From the human T2T-CHM13v2.0 reference genome, Homo sapiens: 64,000 nucleotides of DNA. A model generated the notes under the pieces. It did not search any database, had not been told where the DNA came from, and worked only from the letters and a program-made list of their open reading frames with translations. This document shows positions 59,701 through 64,000 of the stretch, piece after piece; the stretch's first letter is position 1; the number at the start of each line of letters is the position of its first letter. Made by a program: the position numbers and the translations under genes. The stretch lies in assembly GCF_009914755.1 (NCBI RefSeq), contig NC_060930.1. One strand, written 5' to 3'.

Positions 59701-62700
59701 GGGTGTGTGTACACTCCCTGCGATATTAAAAGCAATATCATCCTCTTCCCCCATGGTTATTATAAACAGTATCACAGGGGATGTCGTATACCCCCTGCGA
59801 TATTGAAAGCTATATTATCCTATACCCCTCTGAATATTAAAAATATTATCACAGAAAAAGTGTACACCTCTGGAATATTAGGAGTAATACCATCCTCTTG
59901 TCTAATGGATATTAAGAACAATATCACAGTGGGAGTGTACACCCCTGCGACATTGGAAGTAATATCATCCTCTTTCCCTCTGAGTATTAGAGACAATATC
60001 AAAAAGAGGTGTACACCCCCTGCAATATTGGGAGTGATATCATTTGTTCCCCTTATTTATATTAGAAACAATATCACATGGAAGGTGTATACCCCCAGCG
60101 ATATTAAGAGTGATATCATCCTCTTTCTCTCTGGATATTAGGAACAATACCACAGGGGAGGTGAACACCTCCTTCTATACTGGGTGTAATATCATCCTCT
60201 CTCTTCCTGGATATTAGAAGTTATACCACAGGGGTGTGTACAATCCTTTTGATATTGAAAGTAATATCATCCTCTTTCCATTTGGATATTAGGAACAATA
60301 TCACAGAAGGGGATGTACACCCCCTTCAATATTGGGAGTAAAACCATTTTTTCCCCGCCTGGATATTAGAAACAGTATCACAGGGAGGGGGCGGTGTACA
60401 CGCTCTGCGATAGTGGAAGTAATGTCATCCTCTTCACCCTCAGATATTAGGATCAATATCACTGAGAAGAGTGTACACACCCTACGATATTGGGTGTAAT
60501 ATCATTTTATCCCACCCTAAACATTAGGAACAATATCACAGGGAGGGTGAACACTCCTTGTTAAATTGAGAGTAATATAATCCTGTCCTCCCCTGGATAT
60601 TAGAAACAATTTCAAAGCAGGTGTGTACAACCCTTGTGATATTGGGAGAAATATCATCCACTCTCCTTCTAAATATTGGGAATAATATCACAGGGAGGAT
60701 GTACACTCCCTCCGATATTGAGAGTAACATCATCCTCGTCTCCACTGGATGTTAGGAACAATTTCAAAGCGGGGGGGTTTCGGTACGGATATTGGGAGTA
60801 ATATTATCCACTCTCCTTCTAAATATTAGGAACAATATCACAGGGAGGGTGTACACCCCCTGTGATAATGGGAGCCATATCATTTTCTCCCCTCATATGT
60901 ATATAAAAACAATATCACAGAGGGAGAATACACCCCCTGAGATACTGGAAGTAATATCATCCTATCCTTTTCTGAATATTGGGAAAAATATCACGGGGGG
61001 TGTACACCTTCTGCGATATTCAAAGTAATATCCTTTTCTTCCCTTCATATTAGTAACATATCACGCTGGGGGGGCATAAACTCCCTGCTATATTAGAAAT
61101 AATATCATCTTCTCCCCCCATATATGAAGAACAATATCACAGGGGGTTTGTACAACCCGTGTGACATTGCAGGTAATATCATCCTCTCTCAACCTGGATA
61201 TTAAAAACAATATCACAGGGTAGTGTACATCCCGTGCAATATTGTGAGTGATATCTTCTCTTCCCCTAAATATTAGGAAAAATATTACAGGGAGAGTGTA
61301 CACTCCCTACGATATTGAGAGTGATATCATTTTCTCCCCCTTTGTATATTAGAAACAATGTCACAGGGAGAGGGGTACAGCCTCTCCGTAGTTGGGAGTA
61401 ACATTATCCTCTCCCCTCTTGAATTTTAAGAAGAATGTCACAGAGGAATGTACACCCCCTGCGATACTGAAAGTAATATTATTCTCTCTTTCACTGGAAA
61501 TTAGGAACAATACAACGGGGAGTGTGTAAACCTTCTGCGATATTGGGAGCAATATCATCCTCTCCCCGTCTGGATATTAGGAACAATATTACAGGGGGGA
61601 TGTACACCCCTTGCAATATTGGGAGTCATATCATCCTTTTTGCCCCTGGATATTAAGAACAATATCACAAAGAAGTTGTCCACCTGCTGCAATAGTGGGA
61701 TTAATATCATCCTCTCCCCATCTGAATATTTGGAATAATATTACAGTGGGGGTGTACACAACCTACGATATTGAGAGTAATATCACTCTCTTCCCTCCTG
61801 CATATTAGAAACAATATCACAGGGGGTGGTCTACACTTTCTGCGATATTGAAAGCAATATCATACTCTTCCCGCAGAATATTAGGACTAATATCACGGGG
61901 TGGGTGTACAGCTTCTGCGATATTGAGAGTAACATTATTTTCTCCCCTTCTGGGTGTTAGAAACAATATCACAAGGGGGGGGTACACCCCTTGCGATATT
62001 GGGAGTAATATCATCCTCTTTCTGCCTTAATATTAAGAACAATATCACAGAAGGATTTACACCTCCTGAGATATTGGGAGTAATATCATTTCAACTAAAA
62101 TAAAAACAATATCAGAGGGTGAGTGTATACTCCCTGCAATATTGAGATTAATATCATCTTCTCTTCCCCGGGATATTAGGAACAGTATCAAAGGGGAAGT
62201 GTACAATCTCTGGGGTATTGGAAGTAATATCATCCTCTCCTCTCCCTCAATATATATTATGAACAATATCCAAAAAAGGGTGTACACACCCTGCGATAAT
62301 GGGAGTAATATCCTCCTCAACCCCTGGATATTAAGAAAAATATCACTAGGAAGGTGTAAACCTTCTGTGATATTGAAAGTAATATAATCCTTTTCCATCA
62401 TTTATATTAGAAACAATATCACGGGGGGGGGTGTAAACTCCCTGTGATACTTTAAGTAATATCCTCTCTCATACTGTATATTAGAAACAATATCACAGGA
62501 GTTGTGTACACCCTGTGTGATATTGCAAGTAATATCATTATCTTCCAACCTGGATATTAGAAACAATATCACAGGAGGATGTACACGCCCTGTGATATTA
62601 AGAGTCATATCATCCTCTCCTCTCCCAAATATTAGAAACAGTATCACAGGGAAAGTGTACACCCCCTGCAATATTGGTAGTAACATTATTTTCTCTCCCC

Positions 62701-64000
62701 CTGGAACAATATCACAGGGTGGTGTACACCTTCTGTGATATTGACAGTAATATTATCATCTCCCTTCCTGGATTTTAGGAACAATATCACAAGAAGGGTG
62801 TACACCCTTTGAGATATTTAGAATAATATTATCCTCTTCCCCTCTGGATATTACGAACAATATTACAAGAGGTTGTACACCCCCTGCGATATTGGGAGTA
62901 ATGTCATCTCCCCACCTGGATATTAGGAAAAATGTCACAGAGGAGGTGTGTACCCAAACTGCAACATTGGGAGTAATATCATTCTGCCCCCCCCAGATAT
63001 TAAAAACAATATAACAAGGGTGTGTACACTGTTCACGATATTGGCAGTAATAACACCTTTTCTCCCCATGGGTATTAGGAGCAATAACACAGGGGCTGTG
63101 TACAGTTTCTGTGATAATGGGAGTAATGTCATTCTCTCCCATCCTGGATATTAGAAATAATATCAAAAATTGGTTGTACACTCCCTGTGATACAGAATGT
63201 AGTATCATCTTTTTTCCCCTGAATATTATGAACAATATCACAGGGTGAGGTGTACAACCCCTGCGATAGGAAGTAATACCATCCTTTTTCTCCCTGGGTA
63301 TTAAAAATATATTACAAGGGGGGTGTACACCCTCTGCGATATTGGGAGTGACATCATTTATCTCCCCCTGGATATTAGGAACAATATCGCAGGGGGGTAA
63401 TAGACCCCCTTAGATATTGGGAGTGATATCATCCTCCCTCGCCCTTATATTAGGAAGAATATAACGGGGGTGTGTTCATCCCTGGATAATAGGAAAAGTA
63501 TTAAAGGAAGGGTCTACATCCCCTGGGATATTGGAAGTAATATCAAAGGAGGGGGTGCACACCCCTTTGGATGTTGCAAATAATATCATCTTTTCTCCAC
63601 CTAATTATTAGGAACAATATCAAAGGGAGGGTGTACACAGCTTCGATATTTGGAGTAATATTACCCTCTTCCCCCCTGTATATTAGGAACAGTATCACAC
63701 AGTGAGTGTACACCTCTTGCAATATTAAGAGTAATATCATCCTCTACCCCCCTGGATATTAGGAAACATATCACTGAGAAGATGAACAACACCTGCAATA
63801 TTGAAAGTAATATAATCCTCTTTCTCCATATTAGAAATAATATAATAAGAGTGGTGTAAACTTCCTGTTATATTGGGAGTAATATCATTTTCTCCCCCCC
63901 CCCCCTTATATTAGAAACAATATCACAGGGCTGTATACAACCCATGCCATATTGGAAGTAATGTCATCCTCTCCCAACCTGGATATTTAAAACAGTATCA
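53714..64000 (-). repeat. SATR1-type satellite, reverse polarity (block 4), continues past the window end
   Basis: Monomers read GATATTGGGAGTAATATCATCCTCTCCCCCCTGGATATTAGGAACAATATCACAGGGGGTGTACACCCCCTGC, the reverse complement of block 1. Confidence 0.93.

Noticed and set aside
38110-64000. Numerous ORFs in the satellite, including 273 aa (52298-53119 +) and 237 aa (52273-52986 -)
   Set aside because: Translations are the repeated monomer (DITPNIAGGVHPPVILFLIS); a ~75-bp unit with stop-poor frames produces these on both strands
38110-64000. CRISPR-like appearance (palindromic repeats at regular spacing)
   Set aside because: The intervening sequences are homologous, not unique spacers; no cas genes; the context is primate DNA

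Overview
Primate (human-like) non-genic DNA with no recognisable host protein-coding gene. Bases 1-~38,100 are an AT-rich field of transposable elements: old L1M/HAL1/L2/L3/MIR relics, several solo LTRs, an AluS, a 5'-truncated L1PA3/4 (+) and a full-length L1PA3/4 (-) with an open ORF1, nested inside an L1PA15/16 inside an L1MB. Bases ~38,110-64,000 are a diverged ~75-bp SATR1/SATR2-type satellite array running off the window end. Main observations: (1) each monomer is an imperfect palindrome, and a 4-kb sub-block carries a compensatory double substitution that preserves the central stem; (2) the array reverses polarity at a spacer-less fold-back at 53,713/53,714; (3) it shows layered variant domains and a cryptic higher-order repeat; (4) the two inverted L1PA copies ~13 kb apart share at least 11 non-consensus variants including a nonsense codon, suggesting gene conversion and a possible inversion substrate. 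Subfamily names and consensus comparisons are from memory, not database searches; boundaries of old elements are approximate.
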